Shown here: in pieces, positions 35,126-48,891 of the stretch
How the letters are laid out: each line of letters opens with the position of its first letter
Position numbering within the stretch: the stretch's first letter is position 1
Origin: Dipteris shenzhenensis
Lineage: Eukaryota
DNA: 64,000 nucleotides
Assembly: GCA_047967505.1 (NCBI GenBank)
Contig: CM106538.1
Reading direction: 5' to 3' (one strand)
Notes under the pieces: model-generated
What the model was told of the DNA's origin: nothing
The model's database searches: none
The model's input: the letters and a program-made list of their open reading frames with translations, nothing else
Made by a program: the position numbers and the translations under genes

Positions 35126-38100
35126 ATGGTGTCTGATTCTCTTTCACAGATTGTCACTGAAAAGCTTGACAAGAACAACTTCCAAGCATGGAAGTTTAGA
35201 ATGACGAATTTCCTTATGGGAAAAGGCTATTGGGAGTTCATTATAGGAAATGAAGAAGAACCAGTTCTTCCTAATGTTCCCAAACAATAGGAAATGCAGG
35301 CATTTAAAGGATGGCATGAGAGAGCCGGAAAAGTTATGTCCTGGCTGTCTATCAGTATTTCAGATTCTATGATTGTGCATATTCAGGATGCAAGTACACT
35401 AAAGGAGGCATGGGATACTTTGGCAAAAATGCACAGCACAAATACGCAAGCCAGGAAAATGCAGCTCAAGAGGAGTTGCACAATGTGCAGAGAGAAAATA
35501 TGAGCATCAATGACTACCACATGAAGGTGAAGAAAATTGCAGATGCACGTGCTTCCACTGGGTCGCCAGTGAAGATGATGATTTAGTTTCTGTGACCTTG
35601 AATGGTCTAGGAAAAAATTATGCACAGTTTCGGACATTCATTACCATCCATGAAAAATTTCCAAATTTTGGGGAGTTGTTTGCTCTTGTCATTTCTGAAG
35701 AGCAGAGAAATGGTGGTGCATCTTCTTCAGGAGGAACTTCAAAAGAAATTGTCTTCTACTCAAATGCTGGAAGAGGTAGAGGCAGAGGTAGAGTAGGCCG
35801 ATTTGGAGGCCATGGTAGAAATCAAAATATGCAACAAACTCAAGAAAACCAGTCCTATGGAGGAGGATGTGGTAACTCTAGAGGTAGGGGGAGCCAAAGA
35901 GGTTGTGGTGGATGGCAGAGAGGCCAAAATGCAAACAGCAATGTTGAATGCTACTACTATGGTAAAATGGGTCATATGGCTAAAGACTGCTATAAAAAGC
36001 AGAATGACATCATGAATGGAAAATTGCAGCAAGGGAATTATGTATCTTCTAGTAGACAGGGTGATGACAGAAATGAGCATCTTTTTATGGTGCAGCATAG
36101 GACCAATTCTGTAACAAGTGCAGAAGAAAGCAATGATGTGTGGTATGTTGACTCAGGTGCATCAAACCACATGACAGGTTATGCAGAATGGATGCAGAAT
36201 GCAAGGAAAATGGAAAGACCAGGATTTGTGGAGACTGGCGATGATACTGCACATCCTATTATGCAGATTGGTAAAATTCCTTTGTCTATGCAGGATGGGA
36301 AAAAGAAATACCTGTCTGATGTATTTCATGTCCCGAATATCACCAAGAACCTGATTTCTGTTGGTCAAATGGTTGAGCAGGGCTTGTAGGTCAGATTTAA
36401 TCCTCATGGATGCTTTGTTGAGGATATGAAAAATAACGGTCGCTTGATAGTAAAAGGAAAGGAGAAGGGTAGGATGTTTACATTGGATGCGGACATGCCT
36501 GAATTGAGTGCAGCAATGTTTGCACATGGGACCGAAAGATATGGATATCTGGCATAAACGCATTGGTCATGTTAATGTATAGCGACTTAAATCAATGCAG
36601 GCCCAAAATATTATTGCAGAACTGCCTAAATTCAAGGTTGCAGAAATGCATAAGGGTATGTGAAGCCTGTCAATTTGGAAAACAGGAAACGAAACCATTT
36701 CCTAGACATGTTCAAGAGAGTAAGAAGCCATTGGAATTAATCCACTCTGATGTGTGGACTACTAAAGTTGCATCTATTGGAGGCTGTCATTATTTTGTCA
36801 CTTTTATTGATGACTACAGTAGAAAAGTTTGGGTGTATTTTATGAAAAAGAAAAGTGAAGTGTTTGGGCATTTCAAAGCTTTTAAAGCTATGGTTGAAAA
36901 AGAAACAGGCATGCAAATAAAATGCCTAAGGTCAGATGGAGGGGGAGAGTACCTCTCAAATGAGTTTGCAAGGTTCCTGCAGGAGCATGGCATAAAGCAG
37001 CAATATTCATGCAGTCATACCCCACAGCAAAATGGACTTGCAGAAAGGAAAAACAGGCATATTGGAGAGGTATCTCGGGCCATCCTAAATGAAAAAGACC
37101 TACCAGATTATTATTGGACTGGAGCAGTTCCTACAGCAGTTTACATAATGAACAGGACTCCCACTGCAGCAATACATGGCATGATGCCAGAGGAGATGTA
37201 TACTGGTAGGAAACCACATATTTCTCATTTGAAATTTTTTGGTTGCATTGCCTATGTTCATGTGCCAGATGAGTTGAGGTCCAAGTTGGATCCAAAAGCT
37301 GAGAAGTGCATCTTTATTGGTTATTCTCTGCAGCAGAAAGGGTATAGATGCTATAACCCTTCTACTCGTAAGTTTACAAAGAGCAGAGATGTTGTTTTTG
37401 ATGAGATGAGTAGCTGCACAGAATTCACAACAGCAATCATAAAATATTCGTGGACTTGCAGTGTCCTCTAGCAGTGGTTCACATACTTCACCATGGATAG
37501 GTAGATTGAGATAAGGAGAATCTCCTCAAAGCAATGCAGATAGTGGTATGGAGGTATCACGAAAAGGAAAAGAGAAGGTAGATCAGCCCATGTTTGATGT
37601 GAATGCAGGTCACTCTTATGTGGATGGTGAATCCAGTGGCTCAGAACAGAGCATTGATGACGAGTTGGGTATTCCTTCTATTGTTACACCTGGAGTAAGG
37701 AAGACCAAGGATGTTTTGAGAGCACCTGGAAGTGAGCCTATTTTGCGCAAGTCTACCAGAGCTAGGTATCCTGTGGATAGGCTAAAATATGATGGATTTA
37801 CAACCATTCACTATGCCTATATGGTCAAAGTGATACAGGAACCAGAACCCACTTCTTTTGAGCAAGCCATGAGAAAAGAAATATGGGAGAAAGCCATGGA
37901 TGAAGAAATGGATGCCTTGGAAGCAAATGCTACATGGGAATTGGTGCCTTTGCCTAAAGACAAGAATGCAATTGGTTGTAAGTGGGTTTATAAGGTGAAG
38001 CACAATGCAGATGGTTCTGTGAACAGATACAAGGCAGGATTAGTTGTTAAAGGGTATGCACAAACATATGGCATTGATTATGAAGAAACATTCAATCCGG

Positions 38101-39426
38101 TTGCAAGGATGGCAACTGTAAGAGCAGTCATTGCTATGGCTGCATCAAAGGGATGGTCTTTACATCAGATGGATGTAAACAATGCCTTCTTGCATGGTGA
38201 TTTGCAAGAAGAGGTCTTTATGGAGCAGCCACCAAGTTATGTTCATGCTGTTCATCCTGAGTGTGCTTGCAAGTTGAAGAAAGCCTTGTATGGCTTGAAG
38301 CAAGCACCTAGAGCATGGTCTGACAAGATAGGACAATATCTTGTCACTATTGGCTTTCAGATTTCCAAGGCAGATTTCTCACTTTATGTGAGAAAAACAG
38401 AGAAAGGTATTATGCTGCTTGTCATTTATGTTGATGATTTGATCATCACAGGTGATAGTGATGAAGATATTCTTCATGTGAAAATGCTATTGAAGCAGAA
38501 GTTTGAGATGAAGGATTTGGGAGAGCTGCGTTATTTCTTGGGCATTGAGGTGATTAGATCACCAAGTGGGATACGGCTCTTGCAGAGGCAGTATGGATTG
38601 GACATGCTGTCCAAATATGGGATGATAGGCTATAAGCCTATTTCAGTTCCTTTGGAGCAGAATGTGAAGCTGAGCGCAGATGCAGGTGAGCTTCTGGAAG
38701 ACGTTACTATGTAGAGATGCATAGTAGGAAGTCTGATTTATATGACTATTACCAGGCCAGATTTGAGCTGCTATGCTATTGGATTGGTAAGTCAGTTTAT
38801 GCAGGCTCCAAGGAAATTGCATTTGGATGCGGCTAGATGCATACTCAGGTATGTGAAGTCCACATTGCAGTATGGACTATTTTATGAGACTAGGGTTCAG
38901 ATACAGTTGCATGGATACACTGATGCTAGCTGGTAGTATTTCTGATAGACGATCTACCAGTGGATATGTGTTCTCTTTTGGGAGTGCTGCAGTCACTTGG
39001 AGCAGCAAGAAACAACCTACAGTTGCCTTGTCGAGCACAGAGGCTGAGTACACGGGTGCAACAATGGCTACATGTGAGGTAGCTTGGTTGCATAAGCTAC
39101 TTTATGATATGCATCAGTCTACAGATGGGCCAATTGTCATTTATTGTGACAACATGAGCAGTATACACTTGGCAAATAACCCAGTCTATCATGCCAGAAT
39201 AAAGCACATTGAGGTGCATTATCACTATGTGTGGGAGAAGGTTTTACTAGGTCTTATTGATCTAGTTTATGTCAGCATAGAGGATTAGGTAGCTGACGTG
39301 TTTACGAAGGCATTGGGCGCAGAGAAGCTGCGCATGTTCAAAGACCTACTTGGTGTGCAGGAATTGGGATTGAGCTTGAGGGGGAGTGTTGAGATATCGA
39401 GCTCCACTCGTGATATGCCAGGGTGA
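35126..39426 (+). pseudogene. Copia-2 gag-pol polyprotein, disrupted
   Basis: MVSDSLSQIVTEKLDKNNFQAWK; RG-rich gag; [68 protein letters not shown]. Several stops and frameshifts. Confidence 0.93.
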
Positions 39427-39739
39427 CCGTCATGCATTTATGTCACTGACTTGTTAGCTATAGATGCGGTTGGTACACCGCCCATGAATAATAGCTGGAT
39501 GATAGCTATCCTTATGTACTCTAGTTCGTGGCTCAGTTAGTATGCCACCTTAGATAGCTGATTTTGGTTTGAGACCCACATATAGGGTTCTTCTATTTCT
39601 TTGTACTAGAGTTCTTTTGGCTTTCACAACTAAGAAGAGGAAAACTGTTTTTCAGCCTCCACCTTTGTGTGTATTCCCCCATTGTGTATGTGAGAAAGCC
39701 ACAAGTGAGACTCCTTCCTTCTCTCCCACTATCTTCACA
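39387..39739 (+). repeat. Copia-2 3' LTR
   Basis: Direct repeat of 34229-34581 with about 15 substitutions by eye. Confidence 0.95.
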
Positions 39740-39920
39740 ATACATACGTACATACACACACATACATACATACATACATACATGCATACATGCATGCATA
39801 CATACATACATACATACATACATATAGATACATCTGTATGTACGTATGTACACACATGCACGCACACACACATACACACATGTGCGCGTGTACATGCACG
39901 CATGCACGCACACACGCACA

Positions 39921-39973
<53 letters not shown>
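39740..39973 (+). repeat. Compound microsatellite (ATAC)n/(AC)n flanking the Copia-2 LTR
   Basis: Direct reading of the sequence. Confidence 0.95.
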
Positions 39974-39977
<4 letters not shown>

Positions 39978-41779
39978 TTAATTTACTACCAATTCTTTTG
40001 CTCATTCAGATATATGAGTTAATATCTATTTATACAATGTATATATTGGCACATGTGTACTCATACCTATTAACCCTTCTCCCTTATCACATTGATTGGA
40101 CTTATAGCTTAATTCCTATGTTTGGTCTAATTCAACCAAATGTAACTCCTTAGTATCACCTCACTCTTACCTTAGATGTAGTAAGTCTCTCAAGATTTAT
40201 CCTCAGTTAATGTCACCATATCTTGTTAATCTATTAAAATGATTGTTTTTACCTATCCTGCAAAAGAAATAATCTCCTACTTACGAAAAAAGAAACCAAG
40301 GGTAAGCATGCACTATCACGAAAGAGCACCTACTATCCCACCAAAACGAAAGTGCAGTAGCCAAAGAAGTCATGTCAAACACTACGACAAGCCATACACT
40401 TTTTGGCAAAGTTTATTGTTAGTCTGTTATTTCAAAGCACATAATGCACAAGGCAGCGATCAAGTGCTAAATCTTACTACTGATCCAGACACCATGAATC
40501 AAAAGTCAAGCTAGAAACTCGTAAGGATTCTAAAGGAATGAAGTGAAATCGTTAAGAAAATCAAAGTTGCGAAATCACAAGGCAGTGCGCAAACCGAAAG
40601 TTGCAGAATAAAGGAGAACCACCTTTACATGCAAGTCCACCCAATTTAGTGTGGCGAAGGTGTCGTAAGGGAACCAGGAAGATGATACACATGAGCCTCT
40701 CGTAGAAAAATCTGAGGTCACATAGTCACAGTTGCTGAAAATCGGTTCGCAAAGGTTGCCATGCAATGGAATAAGAGTTGGAAGCAGGTGAACCAAGCAA
40801 GAGAGTAAGAAGAACTGTTGGCAATACACGCAAGGAACACGCCATCACAATTTGTCGACAAGAAGGTGCAAGTGCTAAGCAAGGGCCACGAGCAAAGAAG
40901 AAGGCACTATGGGACATATGAGAGGTAAGCGAAGGGAAAGGTACATAGGACTGAGTGTAGAGGGTGGCCAAGAGGATCGAGAGGATTCGCTTGGTTGCTA
41001 GCAAGGGATTTCAAGGAAGGTCGGGAAGGGTGGAAGGATGGAGCAGCCACTGCAAGCACAAGCTAAGTAAGGAGAAGATAACATTATGCAAGAGAGGCGG
41101 TGATAATGCCATGCCTAGTGATGACGGGTATGCAGTGGGGGGTAGGTGGGAATGGATAGGGTTAGGTAGCATGAGGGAAGGGTTATGTTAAGGGTTGGTG
41201 TTGTTAGGGGGTTGGTCAGTTTAGAAAAGGGGTTATTTGTGATTAAGTACATAGTAGCATATTAAGTAGGAACATTTTAATTACTATAAAAGGTTAAAGC
41301 ATAAATGAGGGGATGGATAATTTTAATTATAATATAAAGGGTGAAAGCATAAAAAATCTATTATTCCTAGTCAATGCTAGGGAAAGTGGTTAGGGAATTT
41401 AAGTAGGTCTATATGTTAAGGATTTAGGGGGCTAGGGGGGTCATATACAAACAAGAAAGCAAATCAATAAATATACAATAGAGGTATTCCTAATTGTAAA
41501 CCATTTAGAAGGCATCATTTAGAAGGTATGTAAGACGACAAGGTGGAGTATATTTATTACTAGGGGCATTTATATAAATACATATACTATTAATAATTGG
41601 GAAGAGCTGTATAAATGTTCATTAAAGGGTCAGCAGGATTAGAGTGGAATCTAAATCATTACTATATATAAAAAGAGGGGGGGAAACAACTTTTATAGTG
41701 GAATTTAAGAGAGTGTGAAGAGTATAACCTTTGGTGCAGGGTATTCAAGGTTAACGTGAACAATTAATGTGAAAGTGGG

Positions 41780-41940
41780 TATATGTGTATGTGTATGTGA
41801 GTGTAAAGGTATAGAAAATGTGTGTGTGTGTGTGTGTGTTTCTCTCTCTCTCTCTCTAATTATGTATCTGTGTATCTGTGTATGTATGTATGTATGTATG
41901 TATGCATGTATGTCTGTATGTATATGTATATGTATATGTG
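41780..41940 (+). repeat. Compound microsatellite (GT)n/(CT)n/(ATGT)n
   Basis: Direct reading of the sequence. Confidence 0.9.
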
Positions 41941-42899
41941 GATGGCTATCGCGGTCTTTCCCCTTGAATGAAAATTGGTGATTGTTGTTGCTATCGTAAC
42001 CTTTTTTGAATATTTCATCAATGTTGTGTGTGATGTGCTTTTTTTGCCTATAGGCAACTACATTGAACACTTTCTTTGAGAATACAAAGGAACCTAATAG
42101 AAACACATACAATAGCAAGTGGGAATAGTGGTAAATAGTATGTTCTTACATGAGGCGAGAGCCTACATTTCATGGGGCAATCAATCAAGTTGTGCTGGGC
42201 TGACAAGAAAAAGAAGTTGCGTGCAACTAAAAGGTCATGCAAAGAGAAAAGCATCATGATTATTGATGATACCACAATTAGGAATATTCCTCGAAAAGCT
42301 GGTGGGTGCTTTCAAGAACAAAGGGACGGATCAAGCAAAAAAAAAAAGGCTTTGTGGCAAATCCTTTGAGTGGATAGAGAGGAGGAAGAGAGGGAGGAGG
42401 TGCGAGCAGAGATGGTGGCTGTAGGTGATGAGCATAGATGAGGCACAATGGAAGAGGGAAGAGGGAAGAGGTGACCTTCATAGATAGCTCTTAGAGAGAA
42501 TCTCGCCACAGATAGATGCTAAGTGGAGAGAAGAGTAGCCGTTATATTATGACGCATAAGGTGAGGAGTTTAGGGTTAGATATAGGCTAGGTATAAAGCC
42601 ACGAGGAGGCCATTACCATAAATGCTAGCTATGGCCTCTAGCTAACTATTGCCAGTTATCCGCCGCCATGTACCATATGTCCAAGCACACTTCCTGACTA
42701 GCAATTTAAAAGAGCCTTAGAGAACACTCTACTTAGTCTACCTAAGAGAGCAATGGGAATCCAAGGGGAGAAAAGACAAATAAGTGCTATACTCACTCAA
42801 AGGTTCTCAACGATATTATTCACGAGACATTACTGGCTAAAGTGTGCCCGTAGCGCTACTTCATTCACGTGATGACCCCTTGTATTTAGTCTTTAATTT

Positions 42900-42931
<32 letters not shown>

Positions 42932-43051
42932 AAACCATGAGGGGGACTGAGAGAGAGAGAGAGAGCGAGAGAGAGAGAGAGAGAGGGAGGGAAACCATGA
43001 GGGGGACTGAGAGAGAGAGAGAGAGCGAGAGAGAGAGAGAGAGAGAGAGAG
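42900..43051 (+). repeat. (GA)n microsatellite with a 60-bp tandem duplication
   Basis: GGGAGGGAAACCATGAGGGGGACT occurs twice, 60 bp apart, within GA runs. Confidence 0.95.
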
Positions 43052-44569
43052 GTACCAAGACAATAGAGCTATTAGGAGTCACACTATGTCAACATTTGTG
43101 TAGAAATTATATTTCACAAGAATCTCTATTCAGAGGTCGTGGAATTAGAGTACAAAGCCCAAACCGAGTAGTTTGAATGAATTAAATGGAGAGAAGGGAA
43201 AAGTGGGGGTGGTGGCTTAACTTCATGCATATGCAACTGGCCAATAGTCAATTACAAATTGTTTGAAAGCTGAATAAAATTCCACATTATTGATGGAATT
43301 TAAAAATACCATTCTTCACTCTTTCAAGCATTTAAAAAAAGCAGTGTTAAGGGCATGCCTTTTTGTCCTCCTCTTCTTACTTTCACCCATTTCTAAATTT
43401 GTGCAAATCTTGCCCTTTTTTTAATAACATATTAATAGCATTCTTATGCCTTTTTTTTTTTCACCATTATAAATTGGTGGTTAAATTAAGTATTTTAAGA
43501 CATTAGAGGTTTGTCTAAGTACCAGGGTTGCCACTCTTTTAAAAATCATACAATTGTGCGACTAAGCACACATTTAAAATACCCTTATACTTAAAACTTC
43601 ACTTTTTTTTTGGCATAATTGTTTAACCTTGTCTATATTTATACATGTTACATGTAATGTTGAATTTAAAAGTCCCCTCCATACATGTACATATGACAAT
43701 TATATCAGGTAAACATTTTAAAAACCCCCTCCTATCCCATAAATGGCCTTAGCCTTTCTCATTCTCACCTTATCATGAAATATTTTTCCAAAACATTTAA
43801 AGCAAAGCTTTATCTAGAGAGGAGAATAAAGTATCTAGTTTCGTGTTATTGTTAGAGGTCTGGGAACTCAAATTCATTGATGAGTACTTGATGAAGAAGC
43901 TATTGATGAAGAAACTCATAGTCAGCAAGAGTTGATGCCTTGAGACATACTAGAGAAGTTGTGCTTGAGGGAGGTTTGCCAACAATGGCAAGAGGCTACA
44001 TATAATTGTCATGGTGATTGGTCTCCTAGGTTAAACTCATGCAATTTGTTGATGAACATCTACAGCAGCAGATGTCTTCCCTTCAGGTTTTGCAATCTAT
44101 CACTCTAACATCAATGACACAAGACCAAAAAAATAAGGGCTTCTTTAAAGCTATATACCCAATCATGGGTTCTTGTATGAGCTTTGTTCTTAAATTCTAT
44201 GCCTATGTCCATCCCCCATGAGGTCTTCTCAAGGCCTGCTTTAAAGATGAACTCCCTCTAAACCTAGTGCCTTCAATTGGTACATCCCTTGGGTGGCATG
44301 TGTCCTTGAATTGAGTCTCCTTTAGAGCCTTTCATATGCACCCCTTTGTAATGCTAGGCTTGAAGATAACTCTTATACATGATGACATATCGACATCAGA
44401 TGGTCATATAGACAAACATCCCACCTTGGTAGATGCTATTGAGCCCTCATGGTTCCTCACCTTACCATAACTATACGACTCCATGATTACGATTGATGTA
44501 ACATTCATTCCCTCTATAGCTCCACATGTATGTACATTAGTGTTGTAATTATGGTTGATTAGCATAGTG

Positions 44570-45850
44570 CGTCTTCCATACCATTGATGCATGGGAAACA
44601 ACAATTGCTCTTGCCTTACCTTAAGCGTTTGTGGTTTGCATGGGATGATTGATTCATTTCCAAAGTCCTCATGGCACCCTCCATCAAGCTTCTTGTTGCA
44701 TATAAAGTGACAATTGGCTATTTCTCTCATTTTTGCACATTCCTTCTTGTAAGATGTGTGATGCAACTCATTGCTTGCCATGGGTATAATTAAATTTTTA
44801 TTATTCCCTACGCCCATAGATGATTGAAAATATGGTGTGCATGAAACAAGCTGAGAACAAGCTACCCTAATTTCTTCTATACTTCCATATGTATAAGAAG
44901 TTGTTTATTGTAGAAATAGTACATTGTGGAAATCGTATATTTGTTTATTGTAGAAATAATATATCGGCATAGTGCCTCCTTCCATATAGCAGAATATTGT
45001 TGAATTAAAAACAAAAATTGCTCATCTCTACCTAGTGTATTTGAGCATCCATTTTTGCATGATTGTTGTTTGGTTTCAATAGTCATCATGCCTCCTTCCA
45101 TTGAGCTTCTTGCTGCGTATAAAATGATAAGTGCTCATTTCTCTCTTGCATGTTTGCACATTCCTTTTCATAACATGTGTGATGTTGTTGCTTGCCATGG
45201 ATATATGTGAAGATTTGTATATATTAAGTTTCCGCATGGAAGTTAGAAAGAAAAGCTCACTATGAAATGATGATGGTTCCTTCTTTCTATAATTGCAACT
45301 TTATGAGCATTTGTTTGTTGTTGTAGAAATAGTTGATTGGCACAATTTTGCCTCCTTCCATATAGCACACCATTGATGGATTGGAAACGACAATTTCTCT
45401 TGTCTCTACCTTGTGTTTGATGGGATGATTTATTAGTTTCCAAAGTCATGCTAAATAATAAAGTTTCCTTATGTCGAGTTGTAAAAATTGTTGCAAGTAG
45501 CTATGTTTGTAGTTGATTTAAAATAGGGAGTGCATGCAACTAGTAGCCAAGCAAGCTAGAAAGCGCACTAGATAAAAGTAATGGCTCCTTCTACCTTTCC
45601 ACATCTATGAGCAATACTTGATTGATACAATGCCTCCTTCCATAGAGCATACCATTGCTGCATTGGAAGCAACAATTGCTCGTCTTTATCTTGTGTGTTG
45701 GAGCATCCCTATTTTGTGGGATGAGTGACTGGATTTTAAAGGCATCATGCCTTGTTCCATTGAGCTTCTTGTTGCATATAAAAGTGACAATTGCTCATTT
45801 TTCTCTTTTTAGAATGGTAGCACATTCCTTTTTGTCACATGCATTTGATG
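44570..45850 (+). repeat. Old diverged tandem repeat, ~4 units of roughly 280-385 bp
   Basis: The motif GCCTCCTTCCATA.AGCA..CCATTG..G.ATTGGAA.C.ACAATTGCTC recurs near 44588, 44973, 45350 and 45632. AGCTTCTTG.TGC.TATAAA.TGA recurs in three units. Confidence 0.7.
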
Positions 45851-45984
45851 ATTTGCAAAGCATAATGCCCCCTCTTATAGATCTAGTTATGGAGACACCC
45901 CTTTTCATTGTAAGATTGGCTCCTCTTTAATAATATTTATTTGGATTTTATTATTTAGAAGGAAAAACACCTTGAACCACAATT

Positions 45985-46110
45985 TTATATTATGTGGAGT
46001 TATATTCAAAATTTTCTTCCAAGTTTGAAAAGTGAGGTGGCCCACTCTTATATTATGTGGAGTTATATTCAAACTTTTCTTCTAGGTTTGAAAAGTGAGG
46101 TGGCCCACTC
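45985..46110 (+). repeat. 63-bp tandem duplication
   Basis: TTATATTATGTGGAGTTATATTCAAA...GAGGTGGCCCACTC occurs twice. Confidence 0.9.
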
Positions 46111-46266
46111 TGCTCATGTTAATAAAGTAGTATTTTTCTAAGAATTTGAGATGTCTTATCCTAGCTTGATAAGATAAGGTGGTTGTTGTGTCACATTGCA
46201 CATATTGATAATCTCTAGTATATTCCTTGGTTAGTAATAGTACCTAACTTTTGTCATAGTCTTGCG

Positions 46267-46435
46267 CATACAAATAATCTTTTTGATTTGTTTACTTGTT
46301 TGTACAAATGAAATGCATTGAGACGTCCTCTCTTGATGATGATGAATGATCATACAAATAATCTTTTTTATTTGTTTTCTTGTTTGTACAAATGAAATGC
46401 ATTGAGACATCCTCTCTTGATGATGATGAATGATC
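46267..46435 (+). repeat. 84-bp tandem duplication
   Basis: CATACAAATAATCTTTTT...TTGATGATGATGAATGAT occurs twice. Confidence 0.9.
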
Positions 46436-47483
46436 GATTCCTTTGTTGGATAAAATGGGTCAATTAGTGGCCTTTCCCTAGTGTTAAATTTTGGGTGAGT
46501 CGTGTATCTTACCAACATTAGATATAAAATTTTTAAAAGCGAAGAGGTTGTCAGATCCGGTACCGAAAGGGTACTGAAAATGGGGGAGGTTGTGGACAAG
46601 CTTGACAAGACAATGAGTAAGGTAGAAGGTACTGGTGTATGATTAAGATCATGGGTTGGTGGTAATTGATAGAGTTTTGTGGCCATTTTGGATGTTTGAA
46701 TGAGTTGTAGGTATGATAAAATAGCCTCCTTGAGTCATTGTGAGTGTGTTCCCTATTTGTGGTCAAGGAGACATATGAGGATTTGTGATGGGATGTGGGG
46801 CATGATGAGCGAGCCATGCACATCCATGATCAATGGGAGGGATGATATATAAGGCAAGAAGACATATGATATGAGAACGAACCCGATGATATGTCTCTAT
46901 GTGTGGCATTGACACCCACAAGACCTCTCAAAGAAAATGTGTTTCCCCTTGTATTGAGAATAAACTTAGGGAGTAGAGAAGATATGAAGGGGAAGGATGG
47001 TGGAGAGTCCATGATGGAGTGAAAGATATAAACGATAGGGGGAAGGAGAGCCGGGCACATGCGATGATCCATGGGGTAAAAAGGGATGATATATGGGCAG
47101 TGGGGATGCCACGTGCTGCCAGGGTGGCCACAAGCTTTTGTGTGGACTGAGAAATGGGTCCGTGGCAGGTGGAGATACCTTGAGAAAAAAAGCTGCTGAC
47201 TGGAGCCCACGTCGGACGGGATTCCAGATGTCCAGCAGAGTAAAAAGGTAGGACGCAGAGCCGATTCTGTACGTGGCGCACCACGTGGGTCCCGGCCGAC
47301 AAAGGGAATCTGGATTGGCGGTTTTGGGGTTTGTCGGGAACCAGGCCAATCCTTTATCCGGGCCCAGAAAACAATAGCCTGGTTTCAGCAGTGTCGGAAA
47401 ACCAGGCTATGGTTCGGTCCAAAACCACGGAAAACTCAGAGAGCAAATATTCTTGTATATCCCTTAGGAGTGAAGCAAGCAAG

Positions 47484-47550
47484 CTATCTATCTATCTATC
47501 TATCTATCTATATATATATATATATATATCGATATATATGTATATAATAT
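47484..47550 (+). repeat. (CTAT)n/(AT)n microsatellite
   Basis: Direct reading of the sequence. Confidence 0.9.
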
Positions 47551-48891
47551 AACAACTTTTTTATATATTTAACACTTTTTGTTAGAAATATATATCACAC
47601 ATGCACCTTTTTTTTTTTGAAAACGTCTCTCTCACCCATACACACTCACACACATGTATGTATGGATGTATGTATGTACGTACATCTATCTATATTGTTT
47701 TTTAGTACTTTATAGTCACACTCTATGTTGGAACTCCGGCTAAACTCTACTATGAGATTTGCATCTCATATCAGCTTTCCAGAATCTCACAAACCAAATA
47801 ACATATCCATGTTTTGAAATATGTTGTATATTTCGCCTTCCCTCACATCTTTGAATAGCTACAGACCATTCAAACCAAACCCAGCTCTCTACTTTCAGCC
47901 TTTCAGTGACGCCAAATGTATCCTGTGTCTTCATCTTCATCTATAGTTATCTCTTGACTTCAGCTAAATCTACTTATATAATTATGTCGAACATAGATGG
48001 TGATACGCAATTACTTATTTGCAGCAAATCACGACCTTATGTTCCCCTCGACGATCACTCAACAAAATGGCTCCTCTATCTGCAGCCTGCAGTATAACGA
48101 GCTAATCGGATAGCGCTCATACAATGCGAACGACGAACCATGCGGGAGACGAACAAAATACAACATTGTGACGATTTGTGCTCAAAACAAGCCTTAGGAC
48201 GAATTTCAATGTCATATTTGGCCAGGAAAAGAGGGTGGCGCATGCGTTGCAATCAAGCGATTCACGTACATCTTGACTCATGACTGCCCACAGTCACCGA
48301 CTCGTCACATGCAGAGCATCTGCGACGGTTGGATTGCTACTTGCAAACTTACAAGGTCACACTTTACGGCTCGAATTCGTCGTTGATCATCCAAATCGTT
48401 CGCACGTCAGACTGGATGGTACATGTAATTTAAGCTACACTCGTGTGACGTTCTCAGAAAACGATTACAACTCACGAGATCATACCAAACAAAGAAACAG
48501 AAACTCATTCCTATTCCAACCGCGAACTGGTACATCTACTTGCTTAACAATCCGTTGATTGTATTGATACAAGTGATCGACTTCCTTTATACAGTTGAAT
48601 TTAGTCCTGCTGATTCTTGCCAACACTCGACGACAGCCTTGGTATGTATATACTACAAAGTTGACGGAAGCTCAATACCAATATTGCTTCCAACAAGCTC
48701 ATCGGACTGCGCAGAGCACCCTTAGTTCACCGCGCTCTCTCTCTTCCACCTCCATGTGATCAACCCTCGAAGCATTTCCAAAGAGTTCTACGTAATCACA
48801 AATTTTGCAGATCAAGCATACACGTCTTGTGAGTTATGTTTTGATCGAGCGACTGCAGCTGAGGTTTAGTCATTACGGAACATTGCTCTTT

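Larger units (their letters stand above)
34229..39739 (+). mobile_element. Ty1/Copia LTR retrotransposon (Copia-2), full-length, degenerate
   Basis: 353-bp LTRs at 34229-34581 and 39387-39739 (TG...CA), PBS TGGTATCAGAGC at 34582-34593, gag-PR-INT-RT-RH and PPT. Confidence 0.96.

Noticed and set aside
39593-40005. Cys/Val- and His/Thr-rich ORFs
   Set aside because: Translations of (AC)n/(ATAC)n microsatellites.
43523-43533. CAGGGTTGCCA, resembling a hAT terminal inverted repeat
   Set aside because: No matching inverted partner or TSD found in the window.
47100-47410. G-box/ABRE-like CACGTG motifs and a 12-bp inverted repeat (47374-47410)
   Set aside because: Located 3' of the HIPP gene in probable repeat sequence; short motifs with no supporting context.
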